Origin: Bacillota bacterium
Lineage (GTDB): Bacteria > Bacillota > Sulfobacillia > JAIMAT01
NCBI GenBank assembly: GCA_029960955.1
Contig: JASBVS010000009.1
Location: forward strand, 22,645-86,644
DNA length: 64,000 bases
Reading direction: 5' to 3'
The translations under genes and the position numbers were made by a program. Below are positions 9,884-22,057 of the stretch, one piece after another; within the stretch, counting starts at the first letter, position 1; the number at the start of each line of letters is the position of its first letter. The notes under the pieces are model-generated. The model made no database searches. It worked only from the letters and a program-made list of their open reading frames with translations, and had not been told where the DNA came from.

Positions 9884-9940
9884 GCGGACTCACCTCCGGA
9901 CCGCGAGATGGGTGGCGACCCAGACGCGTGCCGACATCGA

Positions 9941-9968
9941 TCGACGACCGACTGTCGACCGTCTACCA
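9941..9968. promoter_or_regulatory. 7-bp-periodic array TCGACGA-CCGACTG-TCGACCG-TCTACCA upstream of the MFS gene (candidate GntR operator)
   Basis: Read directly from the sequence; lies about 60 bp upstream of the MFS start in the divergent intergenic region. Confidence 0.5.
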
Positions 9969-10265
9969 CCTTGGGCTGCCGGATTCGTCGCGGACTTCGC
10001 TTCTCCTGCCGCAGATCAGCGGAAGATGCAACTTTGACGGTGCGTCACGTCGGAAAGAATGCTTGCCGCCGTCGTCTTCCACGCTTTGGGGCACGCCGGG
10101 CGGCCGCCGCCCCGGGTCGCTCCGCGCCGCTCCGTGCGTGACGCCATCGACCCCGCCGACAGGCGAGCCCGGCGGCGACGGCGTATATCTGGCGTCGAGT
10201 CGTCGCAGGCACCGGGCGGCGGGCGGCTGGCCGGCGCGCGGTGCCCCTGGGGGGAGGCGGTCGAC

Positions 10266-12056
<1,791 letters not shown>

Positions 12057-12119
12057 AGGCGACGGCGCCGGCGGCAGGGCATCCCTCCCCCCTCGCCGGC
12101 GCCGCCCTGCGGGCTCCGC

Positions 12120-14102
12120 TTACGTGGCCTCCCGGATCGCCTCCACGGCCGAGGGGTTCTCCAGCGAGCTGGTGTCGCCCAGTTCCTCGCCCAGGCGCAG
12201 CCGCCGCACCAGCCGCCGCAGCAGCTTGCCGTTCCGGGTGCGCGGGATCTCGCGGGTGAAGCGGACTTCCTCCGGGCGGAGCGGCCTGCCCAGCCGCGCC
12301 GCCACCCACTCCTTCAGCTCCTCGGCCAGCCCCGGCCCCGCCTCGGCGTCCGGGCGCAGGACCACGTAGCAGACCGGCACCTCGCCCTTCACCGGGTGCG
12401 GCAGGCCGACCGCCACCGCCTCGGCCACCGCCGGGTGTTCCACCAGCGCCGACTCGATCTCCGCCGGACCGACGCGCTTGCCCCCCACCTTCAGCGTGTC
12501 GTCCGAGCGCCCCTGGATGGCCCAGAAGCCGTCGGCGTCGATCACCGCCAGGTCGCCGTGCACCCAGAGGCCGGGCCAGCGCGACCAGTACGTCTCCAGG
12601 TACCGCTCCGGGTCGCCCCAGAAGCCGCGCGTCTGCCCCACCCACGGAGCGCGCAGCACCAGCTCGCCCGGCTCGCCGCGGAGCGGCCGCCCCTCCTCGT
12701 CCACCACGTCGGCCGCCATGCCGGGGAGCGGCCCGTGGAAGGCGCACGGCTTGATCGGCTCCGAGAGGAAGCACCCCAGGATCCCCCCGGCGATCTCGGT
12801 ACCCCCGGAGTAGTTGAGGATGGGGATGCGCCCTCCCCCCACCACCTCGAAGAGCCAGCGCCACGGCTCGGGGTTCCAGGGCTCGCCGGTGGAGCCGAAG
12901 GCGCGCAGGCTGGAGAGGTCGCGGCCGCGGGCCCAGCCGTCGCCGGCCGTCATCAGCGCCCGCACGGCGGTGGGCGAGACGCCCAGGTGGGTGAGGCGGT
13001 GCCTCTCCGCCAGTTTCCAGAGCCGGTCCGGCGCCGGATGGTCCGGCACGCCCTCGAAGAGGAGGACGGTGGCACCCAGCATCAGGCCCCCGTAGACCTC
13101 CCACGGTCCCATCATCCAGCCCATGTCGGTCACCCAGCAGAGCCGGTCGCCCGGCCGCAGGTCGAAGGCCAGCGCCAGGTCGGCCGCCGCCTTGAGCGGG
13201 AAGCCGGCGTGGACGTGGAGCGCGCCCTTGGGGCGGCCGGTGGTGCCGGAGGTGTAGAGGATCATGAGCGGCTCCATGGCCTCCATCTCTTCGTTCTCGA
13301 AGGGCGCGCCGGCCTCGCCGCCCGCGGCCAGCACCTCCTCCCAGGCGACGTCGCGCCCGCTGCGCCAGGGCACTTCCTCGCCCAGGCGGCGGACGACGAC
13401 GACCCGCTCCACGCCCGGCGCCTCCTCCGCCGCGACGTCGGCCTCCCGCTTCATGGGCACGCGCCGCCCGCGGCGGAGGAAGCCGTCGGCCGTGACCAGG
13501 AAGCGCGCCCCTGCGTCCCGCAGGCGCGCCGCCACCGCCGGCCCGGCGAAGCCGGAGAAGGCGGGCACGAAGACGGCGCCCAGCTTGGCCAGGGCCAGGA
13601 TGGCCACCGCCGTCTCGGGCAGCATGGGCAGGTAGACCCCCACCCGGTCGCCGCGCCGCACCCCCAGGGCGCGCAGGCCGCGCGCCAGGCGGTCCGCTTC
13701 CTGGCGGAGCTCGCCGTAGGTCAGGCTGCGCGTGGCGCCGTCGTCGCCCTCCCAGAGGAGCGCAAGCCGCCCGGGCTCCGCCTCCGCCTGGCGGTCGAGG
13801 CAGCTCTCGGCCGCGTTGAGCCGCCCGCCGACGAACCACTCCGGCCACTCGATCCCGCGCGAGAGGTCGAGCACGCGCCGGTACGGGCGGCGCCAGACGA
13901 GGCCGAGCTCCCGCTCCACCGCGCCCCAGAACCATTCCGGCTCCTCGACGGAGCGGCGCCAGAGCGCCCCCACGTCCGCCAGGCCGTGGCGCCGCATGAA
14001 ACGCCGGACGAAGGTCCGCTCCGCTTCCTCGGGGTCGGGTCGCCAGGCGACGGCGCCGGTCGAAGCTCCCTCCAGCCCTTCACGCTCCAAGCCTTGCGTC
14101 AC
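12120..14102 (-). CDS. Acetate/short-chain acyl-CoA synthetase (AMP-binding)
   Basis: YTSGTTGRPKG, STGEPW, YSGGTE, GRSDD and TRNGKLLRR motifs. Confidence 0.9.
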   Translation of the reverse strand: MTQGLEREGLEGASTGAVAWRPDPEEAERTFVRRFMRRHGLADVGALWRRSVEEPEWFWGAVERELGLVWRRPYRRVLDLSRGIEWPEWFVGGRLNAAESCLDRQAEAEPGRLALLWEGDDGATRSLTYGELRQEADRLARGLRALGVRRGDRVGVYLPMLPETAVAILALAKLGAVFVPAFSGFAGPAVAARLRDAGARFLVTADGFLRRGRRVPMKREADVAAEEAPGVERVVVVRRLGEEVPWRSGRDVAWEEVLAAGGEAGAPFENEEMEAMEPLMILYTSGTTGRPKGALHVHAGFPLKAAADLALAFDLRPGDRLCWVTDMGWMMGPWEVYGGLMLGATVLLFEGVPDHPAPDRLWKLAERHRLTHLGVSPTAVRALMTAGDGWARGRDLSSLRAFGSTGEPWNPEPWRWLFEVVGGGRIPILNYSGGTEIAGGILGCFLSEPIKPCAFHGPLPGMAADVVDEEGRPLRGEPGELVLRAPWVGQTRGFWGDPERYLETYWSRWPGLWVHGDLAVIDADGFWAIQGRSDDTLKVGGKRVGPAEIESALVEHPAVAEAVAVGLPHPVKGEVPVCYVVLRPDAEAGPGLAEELKEWVAARLGRPLRPEEVRFTREIPRTRNGKLLRRLVRRLRLGEELGDTSSLENPSAVEAIREAT

Positions 14103-14148
14103 CCCCTCGGCTCTCGCCGCGCGAGCCGGCTCTCCTCCCGGCCGCGCA

Positions 14149-15615
14149 CTAGCCCCCTGGCAGCGGCGGCACGTAAGGCAGCGTGCGGGCGAAGAACCAC
14201 ATGAGGAAGAGGACCACCGGCAGGTGGACCAGCAGCTGCAGCACCGAGTAGCCCACCAGCTCCCGCGCGCGGACGTTGAGCAGCCCCAGCACCGGCAGCA
14301 TCCAGAAGGGATTGACCAGGTTGGGCAACGCCTCCGCGGCGTTGTAGATCTGGACCACCCAGCCGAGATGAACGTGGAGGTCCCGCGCCGCCTGGAGCAC
14401 GTAGGGCGCCTCGATCACCCACTTGGAGCCGCCCGAGGGGACGAAGAGCCCCAGCAGCGCCGAGTAGAGCGAGACCAGGATCGGGTAGCTCCCCTTGCTG
14501 GAGATGTGGACGAAGAACTGCGCGAGGTCGCGGGAGATGGGCGAGAGCGTGATCATGCCGAAGATGCCCGCGTAGAAGGGGAACTGGATGAGGACGCCGG
14601 CCGCCGCCGGCACCGCCTCCCCCACCGCCCGGACGAAAGCCCGGGGCCGCCAGTGCAGGAGCATACCGACCATGAGGAAGAGCAGGTTGTAGGTGTTCAG
14701 GTCCAGCGCGGCCATGGGTCCCTTGGCGGCCAGCACCTGGCCCAGGTAGACCAGGCCGACGACCGCCACCAGCACGGTCAGCAGGGGGCTGTACTCCAAC
14801 CACTCGCCGGGCGTCCTGCGCGGCTCCAGGCGCACTTCAGGAAGTCCTACCGGTACCCCGTACGTCTCGGCCGTCTTCGACCGGGCCGCCGCCGGAGCGG
14901 AGAACCAAGCCACCAGCACGGAGAGGACCAGCAGGATGACCGCGGTCGCCAGGCTCTGCCAGGTGAAGATGGTCTGGCTGAGCGGGATGACGCCGCTGAT
15001 CTTCAAAAGGGCCGGCGGGATGGATCCCTGGGTGGCCATCATCAGCGCCGCCGAGCTGGAGAGGCCCAGCGCCCAGATGCTCCCCAGCCCGAGATAGGCG
15101 GCCGCGCCGGCCGCCCGATAGTCGAGCCCCCGCATCCTCTGCGCCAGCTCCCGCACCAGAAGGCCCGAGAAGATCAGGCTGAAGCCCCAGCTGATCAGCG
15201 AGGTGAAGGTGGCGAAGAAGGCGATGAAGGCGACGGCGCCCCGCGGGCTCCTCGGCAGAGTAGCCAGCCAGGCGATGAGCCTCCGGACCGGGGGCGAGCT
15301 GGCCACCACGTAGCCGCCCACAATGATCATGGTCATCTGCATGGTGAAGGGGATCAGGCCCCAGAACCCGTCGCCGAAGTCCTTGACCAGCTCCGCCGGG
15401 GTGCTGCCCACGGCCAGCCCCGCCGCGAAGACGACGACGATGGCGGCCAGGGCGAAGACCAGTGCGTCGGGGAACCATCGCTCGGCCCAGTCGGCCAGGC
15501 CCATGCCCAGGCCGACAAAGACCCCCGGAGAAGCCGCAGGCGGGAGAGGGGCGGCGCCTCCCGCGGGTGAGCCGGCCGGGCCGCCGCCGGAGCGCCCTCC
15601 GCCGTCTGCCATCAT
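14149..15615 (-). CDS. atoE: Short-chain fatty acid transporter, AtoE family
   Basis: ERWFPDALVFA, FTMQM, DYRAAGAAAYLG, VPSGGSKW and NLVNPFWMLP are AtoE-family hallmarks. Confidence 0.85.
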   Translation of the reverse strand: MMADGGGRSGGGPAGSPAGGAAPLPPAASPGVFVGLGMGLADWAERWFPDALVFALAAIVVVFAAGLAVGSTPAELVKDFGDGFWGLIPFTMQMTMIIVGGYVVASSPPVRRLIAWLATLPRSPRGAVAFIAFFATFTSLISWGFSLIFSGLLVRELAQRMRGLDYRAAGAAAYLGLGSIWALGLSSSAALMMATQGSIPPALLKISGVIPLSQTIFTWQSLATAVILLVLSVLVAWFSAPAAARSKTAETYGVPVGLPEVRLEPRRTPGEWLEYSPLLTVLVAVVGLVYLGQVLAAKGPMAALDLNTYNLLFLMVGMLLHWRPRAFVRAVGEAVPAAAGVLIQFPFYAGIFGMITLSPISRDLAQFFVHISSKGSYPILVSLYSALLGLFVPSGGSKWVIEAPYVLQAARDLHVHLGWVVQIYNAAEALPNLVNPFWMLPVLGLLNVRARELVGYSVLQLLVHLPVVLFLMWFFARTLPYVPPLPGG

Positions 15616-15696
15616 GGATCCCCTCCTTTCTGCGTGGTGATCTTTGATTTCTGCTGGCGCACCCAGGCCCCTGCCGCGCTGGCCAGCGGACGGCCG

Positions 15697-16872
15697 CTAG
15701 GAGCAGACCACCCATCGGCGGGGATAGGCGTGCAGGGTGACGGCGCCGGAACCCGCGACGAGGACGGTCTCGCCGAGCTGCAGACCGCGGCCGCTCCGGG
15801 GGTCGACCACGTTGGGCTGGATCACCAGCACCATGCCCTCCTCCAGCCTCATCCCTTGCGGATAGGGCTGGTGGACCGTGCGGCGCGTGCGCAGCACCGG
15901 CGGCAGCTGGTCCGCGCCGTGGACCAAGTCGTCGACGATGGTGTAGCCGTGCCGGTGGATCACCTCGCCCGCCTCCATCAGCGCCTCGACGGGGGCGCCC
16001 GGCCGCGCGGCGGCCAGGATCCCCTCCAGCGCCTCGAGGGCCACGTCGTGCAGGTGCCGCCAGCGGGCGTCCGGCGGGCGGCGGAGCGAGTAGGTGCGGT
16101 GGATCTGCCCCTGGTAGCCGGCGAAGCAGGCGGTGATCTCCGTGATCACCACGTCGCCCTCGCGGAGCGGGACGTGAAGGTTGTACTGGGCGGGCACCGC
16201 CAGGAAGGGACCCTCCATGGGCATCACGCCCACGTAGTGGATGCCGGCGTATCCGCCGCCCTCCAGCATGGGGCGCTCCACCAGCGCGGCGATCCGGTCC
16301 TGCGCCAGACCCGGCGCCAGTCCCGACTCCAGGGCGCGCATCGCCTCGTCGGCCAGGCGGGCCGCGTAGCGGAAGCGGGCCAGCTCTTCCTCGCTCTTGC
16401 GCAGGCGCAGCGCCTGGTAGGCGGTGCGGGCGTCCTCCCAGCGGACCTCCGGCAGCTCTGCGGCCAGCGCCCGGTACTGGTCCCAGGGAAGCGCGCCCGC
16501 GATCCCCACCCGGGCGCGTTCCAGGCCCTTCTCGCGCAGGAGCGCGGCCACGCTGCGCGGGTTGACGGGCCCCGCCCAGCGCACGTCGCCGATCTGCGAG
16601 AGGGTGCGCGCCGTGGGCAGGTGGTTGTAGAACTGCAGGAGCAGCGTCGCCTCACCCCTCGCCGGGAAGAGGACATACGCCTCGCGGCCGCCCGGCCAGT
16701 CGGTCAGCCAGTGGACGTCCGCCTGGTAACGACCAGCCCCGTAGACCAGGAGCGCGTCGAGCCCCCGCTCTTCGAGCAGCCGGCGGACGAGCCTCCAGCG
16801 CCGCTCCATCTCCGCGTGCGAGAATCGGAGGGGCGGCTCTTGCTGCGACCTGTCCGGCGCCGTCGCTGCCAA
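15697..16872 (-). CDS. M24 (Xaa-Pro peptidase/creatinase) fold hydrolase with non-canonical metal ligands
   Basis: Creatinase N-domain (FSHAEMERR...GLDALLV), LRLRKSEEE, LREGDVV, HRT and LEEGMVLVIQPN. Confidence 0.8.
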   Translation of the reverse strand: MAATAPDRSQQEPPLRFSHAEMERRWRLVRRLLEERGLDALLVYGAGRYQADVHWLTDWPGGREAYVLFPARGEATLLLQFYNHLPTARTLSQIGDVRWAGPVNPRSVAALLREKGLERARVGIAGALPWDQYRALAAELPEVRWEDARTAYQALRLRKSEEELARFRYAARLADEAMRALESGLAPGLAQDRIAALVERPMLEGGGYAGIHYVGVMPMEGPFLAVPAQYNLHVPLREGDVVITEITACFAGYQGQIHRTYSLRRPPDARWRHLHDVALEALEGILAAARPGAPVEALMEAGEVIHRHGYTIVDDLVHGADQLPPVLRTRRTVHQPYPQGMRLEEGMVLVIQPNVVDPRSGRGLQLGETVLVAGSGAVTLHAYPRRWVVCS

Positions 16873-16958
16873 CGGTCATCACCCCGAGCCAGGGGAAGCC
16901 CCGTCCCCGAGAATTGGAAGTCCAAGAGCGATGCGGGCGCCGGCGGCGATCGCGGCGA

Positions 16959-19127
16959 TCATGCCCGTGCCGCCTCACCCGGGCCTTCCAGCCGGCGCTC
17001 CAGCTCGCTCCAGCGCACGGCGGGCGGGAAGCAGCTCCGGCCGCGGCAGACGTAGGCGGTCAACCGCCCGTCCGCGGCCCGGCGCCCCGCGGCGAGGGCG
17101 ACGCCCGCCTCCTCCGCCCGCGCGCGCTCCAGCACCAGGTCCGGAAGGTAGCGCCGGTGGAGGCGCCGGAGCCACTCGCCGGCGACGGCGGCGGCCGGGC
17201 CGGCGGCGCTTCCTCCGGGGAGGAGGAGCGTCACCTCCAGGGGGCCTTCCTCCGCGGTCAGGCGGGCGGTCCAGAGGCCGGCCGTCGCCTGCGGAAGCTG
17301 CTCCATCACGGCACGGTAGAGCTCCAGCGCCTCCTCCGCCACCTGGCGGAAGCGCGCCTCGCCCGTGTAGGCGGCCAGGCGCAACAGCACGCGCACGGCG
17401 ACCGAGGCCGGCGACGGCGTCGCCTCGTCCTGCCAGGCGGCGACGGGCGCGGGAGCCGGCGGCGGCGCGCCCGCGCCATGGCCCTCCGGCAACCCGCCCT
17501 CCGCCAGGAGGAAGCCCTCCTGGGGCGACCAGAAACGCTCCACCATGCTCCTTCCCAGCTCCGCCGCCGCCCGCAGCCAGCGCCGGTCGAAGGCGACGGG
17601 GTAGAGCTCGAGCAGGCCGTCGGCGAGGAAGGCGAAGTCCTCCAGCGTGGCGGCCAGGTCGGCGCCGAAGCCCTCCCGGTAGCAGCGGAGCAGGCGCAGC
17701 GCCGCCCCCGCGCCGTCGCCGCGGGCGCCTTCGACGCTCCCGGCCGCGGTGCGGGTCATGCGCTCGAGGATGAAGGCGGCCGCCCGCTCGGCCGCCCGCG
17801 CGTAGCGCGCCTCGCCCAGCCCGCGGGCGGCCAGGGCCAGGGCGCGGACCATGAGGCCGTTCCAGCCGGCCAGCACCTTCTCGTCCCGCCCGGGGCGCGG
17901 ACGCCGCAGGCGCGCCCGCAGGAGCCGCCGGCAGCCGCGCCGGAGCCGGGCCTCCAACTCGGCGGGATCCTCCCCGCTCTCCGCCGCCAGCGTCGCCGCC
18001 TCCGCGGCCAGGAAGGGCTGGCTGCCCTCCCCGACGCGCCCGCCCGCGTCGCCGATGCCCAGGTGGCGGCAGAGCAGGCCGGCGTCCGGCTCGCCCAGGA
18101 GGGCGCGCACCTCCTCCGGGGTCCAGAGGTAGTAGCGCCCCTCCTCGCCCTCCGAGTCGGCATCCTGCGAGGTGTAGAAGGCGCCCGCGGGGTGGCGCAT
18201 CTCGCGCAGCGCCCAGCCCAGCGTCCGCCGCGCCACTTGCAGCAGCCAGGGCTCCCCCTCCAGCTGCCAGGCCGCCAGGTAGAGCGGGGCGAGGAGCGCG
18301 TTGTCGTAGAGCATCTTCTCGAAGTGGGGGATCCGCCAGCCGGGGTCGACCGTGTAGCGGTGGAAGCCGCCGCCCAGCTGGTCGTGGAGGCCTCCGCGCG
18401 CCATCGCCCGGAGCGCCCGGTCGACCACCTCGAGGAGTTCGGGCCGGCGCCGTCCGGTCCGCAGGAGGAGTTCCAGCTCGGGGGCGCGGGGGAACTTGGG
18501 GCCCCGTCCCAGACCGCCGTGGACGGGGTCGGCTTCCTCGGCGAGCCGGAGCGCCGCCGCCTCCGCCGAGCCGAACCCTTCCTCGCCAGGAAGGAGGCCG
18601 GGCAGCGGCGGCGCCAGCGCCTGCGCCGTCGCCCGCGCCCAGGAGTCCGCGGCGCGCTCCACCTCTTCGCGGCGGCGGAGCCAGGCGTCGGCCACCGCCT
18701 CCAGGACGCGCGGGAAGCCGGGCAGCCCGTGCCGGTCGACGGGCGGGAAGTAGGTGCCCGCATGGAAGGGGCGGCCGTCGGGCAGGAGCCAGACCGTCAG
18801 CGGCCAGCCGCCCCGGCCGGTGGCCAGCTGGCAGGCGGCCTGGTAGTAGCGGTCGAGCTCGGGGTGCTCCTCGCGGTCGACCTTGACGCAGACGAAGTGG
18901 CGGTTCATCAGGCCCGCGATGGCCTCGTCCTGGAAGGACTCGTGCTCCATCACGTGGCAGCAGTGGCAGGCCGAGTAGCCGATGCTGAGGAGGACCGGCC
19001 GCGACTCGGCCCGCGCCCGGGCGAAGGCTTCCTCGCCCCAGGGGTGCCGGTCGACCGGGTCGTGGGCGTGCTGCTGGAGGTAGGGCGAGGCTTCGCGGAT
19101 CAGGCGGTTGGGCGGGCGCTGGGCCAA
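16959..19127 (-). CDS. yyaL: YyaL/SSP411-type thioredoxin-domain protein with alpha/alpha-barrel
   Basis: [41 protein letters not shown] and [11 protein letters not shown]. Start placed at TTG 19127. Confidence 0.88.
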   Translation of the reverse strand: MAQRPPNRLIREASPYLQQHAHDPVDRHPWGEEAFARARAESRPVLLSIGYSACHCCHVMEHESFQDEAIAGLMNRHFVCVKVDREEHPELDRYYQAACQLATGRGGWPLTVWLLPDGRPFHAGTYFPPVDRHGLPGFPRVLEAVADAWLRRREEVERAADSWARATAQALAPPLPGLLPGEEGFGSAEAAALRLAEEADPVHGGLGRGPKFPRAPELELLLRTGRRRPELLEVVDRALRAMARGGLHDQLGGGFHRYTVDPGWRIPHFEKMLYDNALLAPLYLAAWQLEGEPWLLQVARRTLGWALREMRHPAGAFYTSQDADSEGEEGRYYLWTPEEVRALLGEPDAGLLCRHLGIGDAGGRVGEGSQPFLAAEAATLAAESGEDPAELEARLRRGCRRLLRARLRRPRPGRDEKVLAGWNGLMVRALALAARGLGEARYARAAERAAAFILERMTRTAAGSVEGARGDGAGAALRLLRCYREGFGADLAATLEDFAFLADGLLELYPVAFDRRWLRAAAELGRSMVERFWSPQEGFLLAEGGLPEGHGAGAPPPAPAPVAAWQDEATPSPASVAVRVLLRLAAYTGEARFRQVAEEALELYRAVMEQLPQATAGLWTARLTAEEGPLEVTLLLPGGSAAGPAAAVAGEWLRRLHRRYLPDLVLERARAEEAGVALAAGRRAADGRLTAYVCRGRSCFPPAVRWSELERRLEGPGEAARA

Positions 19128-19385
19128 CGGCGGCTCCCTCCCGGCTCGGTCCGCGGGGCCGGACCGGCTTGAGCCAGTTGCTCTGGTAAGAATACACCCG
19201 CCCGGCGCCCGTCCGGCCGCTCGCGGCGCACGAGGCGAGGCTGAGGATGCGGAGAGCGTGGCCATTGGGGGTTCGGCCCGGCGGGATCGAAGGCTTCGCA
19301 GCGGTCCGCCGGGCAAGACGAGGAGGGTCCCGATCCCGACCTGCTTCCGATGCGGCGGCCCGGGGCCGCCGGCGGCCGATCCCGC

Positions 19386-20174
19386 TCAGCCGGCCTCCCG
19401 CTGCCCGGCCTCCGGCGCCGGAGCGTCCGAGGCGGAGCCCTGCGGGGCCGGGAGCAGATCCAGCAGCTGGCGCAGGTCGTGGATGACCAGGCAGTCGTTC
19501 ACTTCCTCCACGCCCAGGCGGTCGAAACGGTTGAGGAGGACGGCCTTCGCGCCCACGGAGCGGGCGCCCACCACGTCGTCGTAGTAGTTGTCGCCCACGT
19601 ACAGGAAGCCGGCGCCGGCGACGCCGGCGTCGAGCAGGACCCTCCGGAAGAGCCGCGGATCCGGCTTCTCGATCCCCCACTCCGCCGAGATGTAGATGCG
19701 GCGGAAGTAGTGCGCCAGGCCCAGGCGCTCCACCAGGGCGCGCCCGTCCGGACCCCAGTTGGAGACCAGGACCAGTGGATAGCCGCGGCGACGGAGCTCC
19801 TCGAGCGTCGGGAGCGTCCAGGGGTAGAGCTCCCAGTCGATCCGCAGACCGGCCAGGTCGCGCAGCTGCTGCGTCATGTCGATGTGGAGCCCCAGCTCCT
19901 CGTTGACCATGCCCAGGTACCACGGCAGCCAGGTGCTCGGGTGCCGGCCCAGCACCCCCGGGAACTCCCGCATGAAGCGCTTGTCGACCAGGTGGAAGGC
20001 CCGCTCGACCTGCTCCCGGCTGGGGAGAGGCAGGTCGCGGGCGCGCAGGTAGGCGAGGTAAGCCGCTACCCGTCCCGGGTTGTCAATGAGCGTCCAGCCA
20101 AGGTCGAAGCCGATCAGGCAGGGTCCCTCTTCCCTCATCCGCTCCATCCCTGCGTCCGTCCCCCTCTGCCCCAT
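19386..20174 (-). CDS. HAD-superfamily hydrolase
   Basis: FDLGWTL motif I, VSNW motif II, EKPD and VGDNYYDDVVGA motifs III/IV. Start could be 20147 or 20138. Confidence 0.85.
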   Translation of the reverse strand: MGQRGTDAGMERMREEGPCLIGFDLGWTLIDNPGRVAAYLAYLRARDLPLPSREQVERAFHLVDKRFMREFPGVLGRHPSTWLPWYLGMVNEELGLHIDMTQQLRDLAGLRIDWELYPWTLPTLEELRRRGYPLVLVSNWGPDGRALVERLGLAHYFRRIYISAEWGIEKPDPRLFRRVLLDAGVAGAGFLYVGDNYYDDVVGARSVGAKAVLLNRFDRLGVEEVNDCLVIHDLRQLLDLLPAPQGSASDAPAPEAGQREAG

Positions 20175-20260
20175 GGTAGCCCGGGTGCAGGAGCCTTCCT
20201 TGTGCGTCGCGTTAAGATCCGCCGCCCGCCGAACCCCGCCGTGCCCTCCGCGCCGCGCCC

Positions 20261-20297
20261 GAAAGCGGAGGGCGGCGCGCCCGGCGTCGCCCTCCGC
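20261..20297 (-). terminator. Probable intrinsic terminator after the phosphoesterase gene
   Basis: Stem GCGGAGGGCGGCGC / GCGTCGCCCTCCGC (20265-20297) followed by a short TTTC on the minus strand. Confidence 0.5.
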
Positions 20298-20326
20298 GCT
20301 GGGTCAGGCTTCCTCCGGAGCGCCGC

Positions 20327-21898
20327 TCAGCGCCGGCCCGTCGGCTCGCCCGTCGCCGGGTCCAGGAAGAGCGGCGCGTTGGAGGGGCCGTGGCTGAAGT
20401 CGAACATGTTCAGGATGCTGCCGGCCACCGCGTCCATCGACTGGTCGCCGATGCGCCCCAGCGACCAGTTGTCCTCGATGAAGCGGAGGATGGAGGCCTG
20501 GTCCGTCAGCGTGTGGTCGACGAAGTTCCGCTTCGCCCACGGCGAGATGACCAGGAAGGGCTGCCGCGGACCGTAGCCGCACCGGTCCAGGTAGGCGCCC
20601 GGCTTGGGCGTCCCGCAGTTCCCCGGACCCGCCAGCGCGTCCCAGGCGGGGTCGTTGGACGGGCTGACGATGGGCGGCACCACGTGGTCGTACCAGCCGT
20701 CCGAGTCGTCGTAGGCGATGATCACCGCCGTGCTCCGCCACTCGGGCAGCCGCTCCAGCCGGTTGATCGTGTCGACGAGGAACGCCTGCTCGTCCAGCGG
20801 ATCCGAGTAGGCCGCGTGGCCGTCCTGGTAGGCGGGCGCCTTGAGGAAGCTGACCGCCGGCAGGTGCCCCGACTCGGCCGCCGCCCAGAAGTCGCTCAGG
20901 TCGTACTGGTGGTTGGCCTGGTCGGTGTAGCCGATCCGGGCCACCGAGCTCGGCGGCAGGTGGTGCGGGTTGGCGGTCGACTGGAAGTACTGGAACGGCT
21001 CGTGGTGCGGGATGTAGTCGGTCACCTGGGCGCCGGCGATGTTCTTGTGGGCCGAGCCGGTGATCGCCTTGCCGTCGGCGGTCCTCCCCGTCGGCCGGAA
21101 GCCGCCCTCGAACCAGCCCCAGGTGACGCCCTTGGCGTTGAGCAGGTCGCCGACGTTCTTGCCGGTCAGCGCCACCGTCGTCCCCTGGGAGGCGTCGTCG
21201 TAGGTGGGGTCGAGGTCGCTGAAGATGGTGCCGTTGGCCACCTTGCCGTAGACTTCCGCGGGCACCGTGCCGTGGGTGGTGCCGGCGATCAGGTTGAGCG
21301 CCCCCGGCGTCGAGGGCCCGAAGGTGGTGCTGAACGAGTTGTCGTTCATGGCGAAGTGCTGGGCGTAGTTCCAGAGCGCCGTCACCGTGTTGCCGTCGTA
21401 GTAGCCCATCACCAGGTTGGGGTCGCACTGGTCGTAGCGGGCTCCGGTCTCCTGCACGAACCGGTCCATCAGCCCGCCGTCCACGGCCTTCTGCTCGGCG
21501 GTATAGCCGTGGTTCATGTCGCAGGTGACGGCCTGCGAGCGGTCGAGGCGGAAGGGCTTGGCGGCGTTGGGGTTGGCCTGGAGGAGGGGGCCGTTGAGCC
21601 CGTTGACGTTGGGCGTGCCGGGCGCCGCCACGAAGGCCGGTTCGCCCTTCGGGTTCTGGGCGTACGGGTAGGTGGCGAAGTAGTGGTCGAAGGAGACGTT
21701 CTCCTGGAAGATGACCACCAGGTGCTTGATGGGCGTGGCCGTGCGGTACGCGTCGGCGGGATCGGACTGCGCGCCGACGGCGGCGGGTGCGCGCAGCGTC
21801 ATCCCGCCGGCCACGAGGGCGAGTGCGAGACCCGCCCCCAACCAACCGAGCCAGCGCCGGCGCCGCGGCGCCGGCCAGGACCACCCAGGAAGTCGCAC
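20327..21898 (-). CDS. Secreted phosphoesterase (phospholipase C / AcpA acid phosphatase family)
   Basis: PIKHLVVIFQENVSFDHYF, GPSTPG, DGH, YDDSDGWYDHV and GPRQPFLVISPWAK motifs; N-terminal RRRRW plus hydrophobic signal. Confidence 0.9.
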   Translation of the reverse strand: MRLPGWSWPAPRRRRWLGWLGAGLALALVAGGMTLRAPAAVGAQSDPADAYRTATPIKHLVVIFQENVSFDHYFATYPYAQNPKGEPAFVAAPGTPNVNGLNGPLLQANPNAAKPFRLDRSQAVTCDMNHGYTAEQKAVDGGLMDRFVQETGARYDQCDPNLVMGYYDGNTVTALWNYAQHFAMNDNSFSTTFGPSTPGALNLIAGTTHGTVPAEVYGKVANGTIFSDLDPTYDDASQGTTVALTGKNVGDLLNAKGVTWGWFEGGFRPTGRTADGKAITGSAHKNIAGAQVTDYIPHHEPFQYFQSTANPHHLPPSSVARIGYTDQANHQYDLSDFWAAAESGHLPAVSFLKAPAYQDGHAAYSDPLDEQAFLVDTINRLERLPEWRSTAVIIAYDDSDGWYDHVVPPIVSPSNDPAWDALAGPGNCGTPKPGAYLDRCGYGPRQPFLVISPWAKRNFVDHTLTDQASILRFIEDNWSLGRIGDQSMDAVAGSILNMFDFSHGPSNAPLFLDPATGEPTGRR

Positions 21899-22057
21899 GT
21901 CGTCCCCTCCCTCGGACGGGCTTTCCCGATAGTTCCTGCATTGCCAACTTGTCCGACCCGTCCGGGGAGAGCCTATCCGCCCGCCGGCCGCGGGTGGTTA
22001 GGGAGGCGTTAAGGCCGCCTCCGCAGCGCACGGCCGCTAGGCCGCCGACGCGCCCGC

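Noticed and set aside
10035..10047. Palindrome TGACG-N3-CGTCA resembling a CRP/FNR site
   Set aside because: Spacing fits neither TGTGA-N6-TCACA nor TTGAT-N4-ATCAA, and it is a single copy; it may simply include a TTGACG -35 element.
19128..19385. About 260-bp GC-rich intergenic region as a possible ncRNA or riboswitch
   Set aside because: No recognisable conserved RNA motif by eye; only a TATTCT -10-like hexamer. A covariance-model search would be needed.
20243..20297. Three GCCCTCCGC / GCGGAGGGC segments suggesting an attenuator switch
   Set aside because: The alternative pairing partner lies downstream of the U-tract on the transcribed strand, so it cannot act as an antiterminator; treated as a plain terminator.
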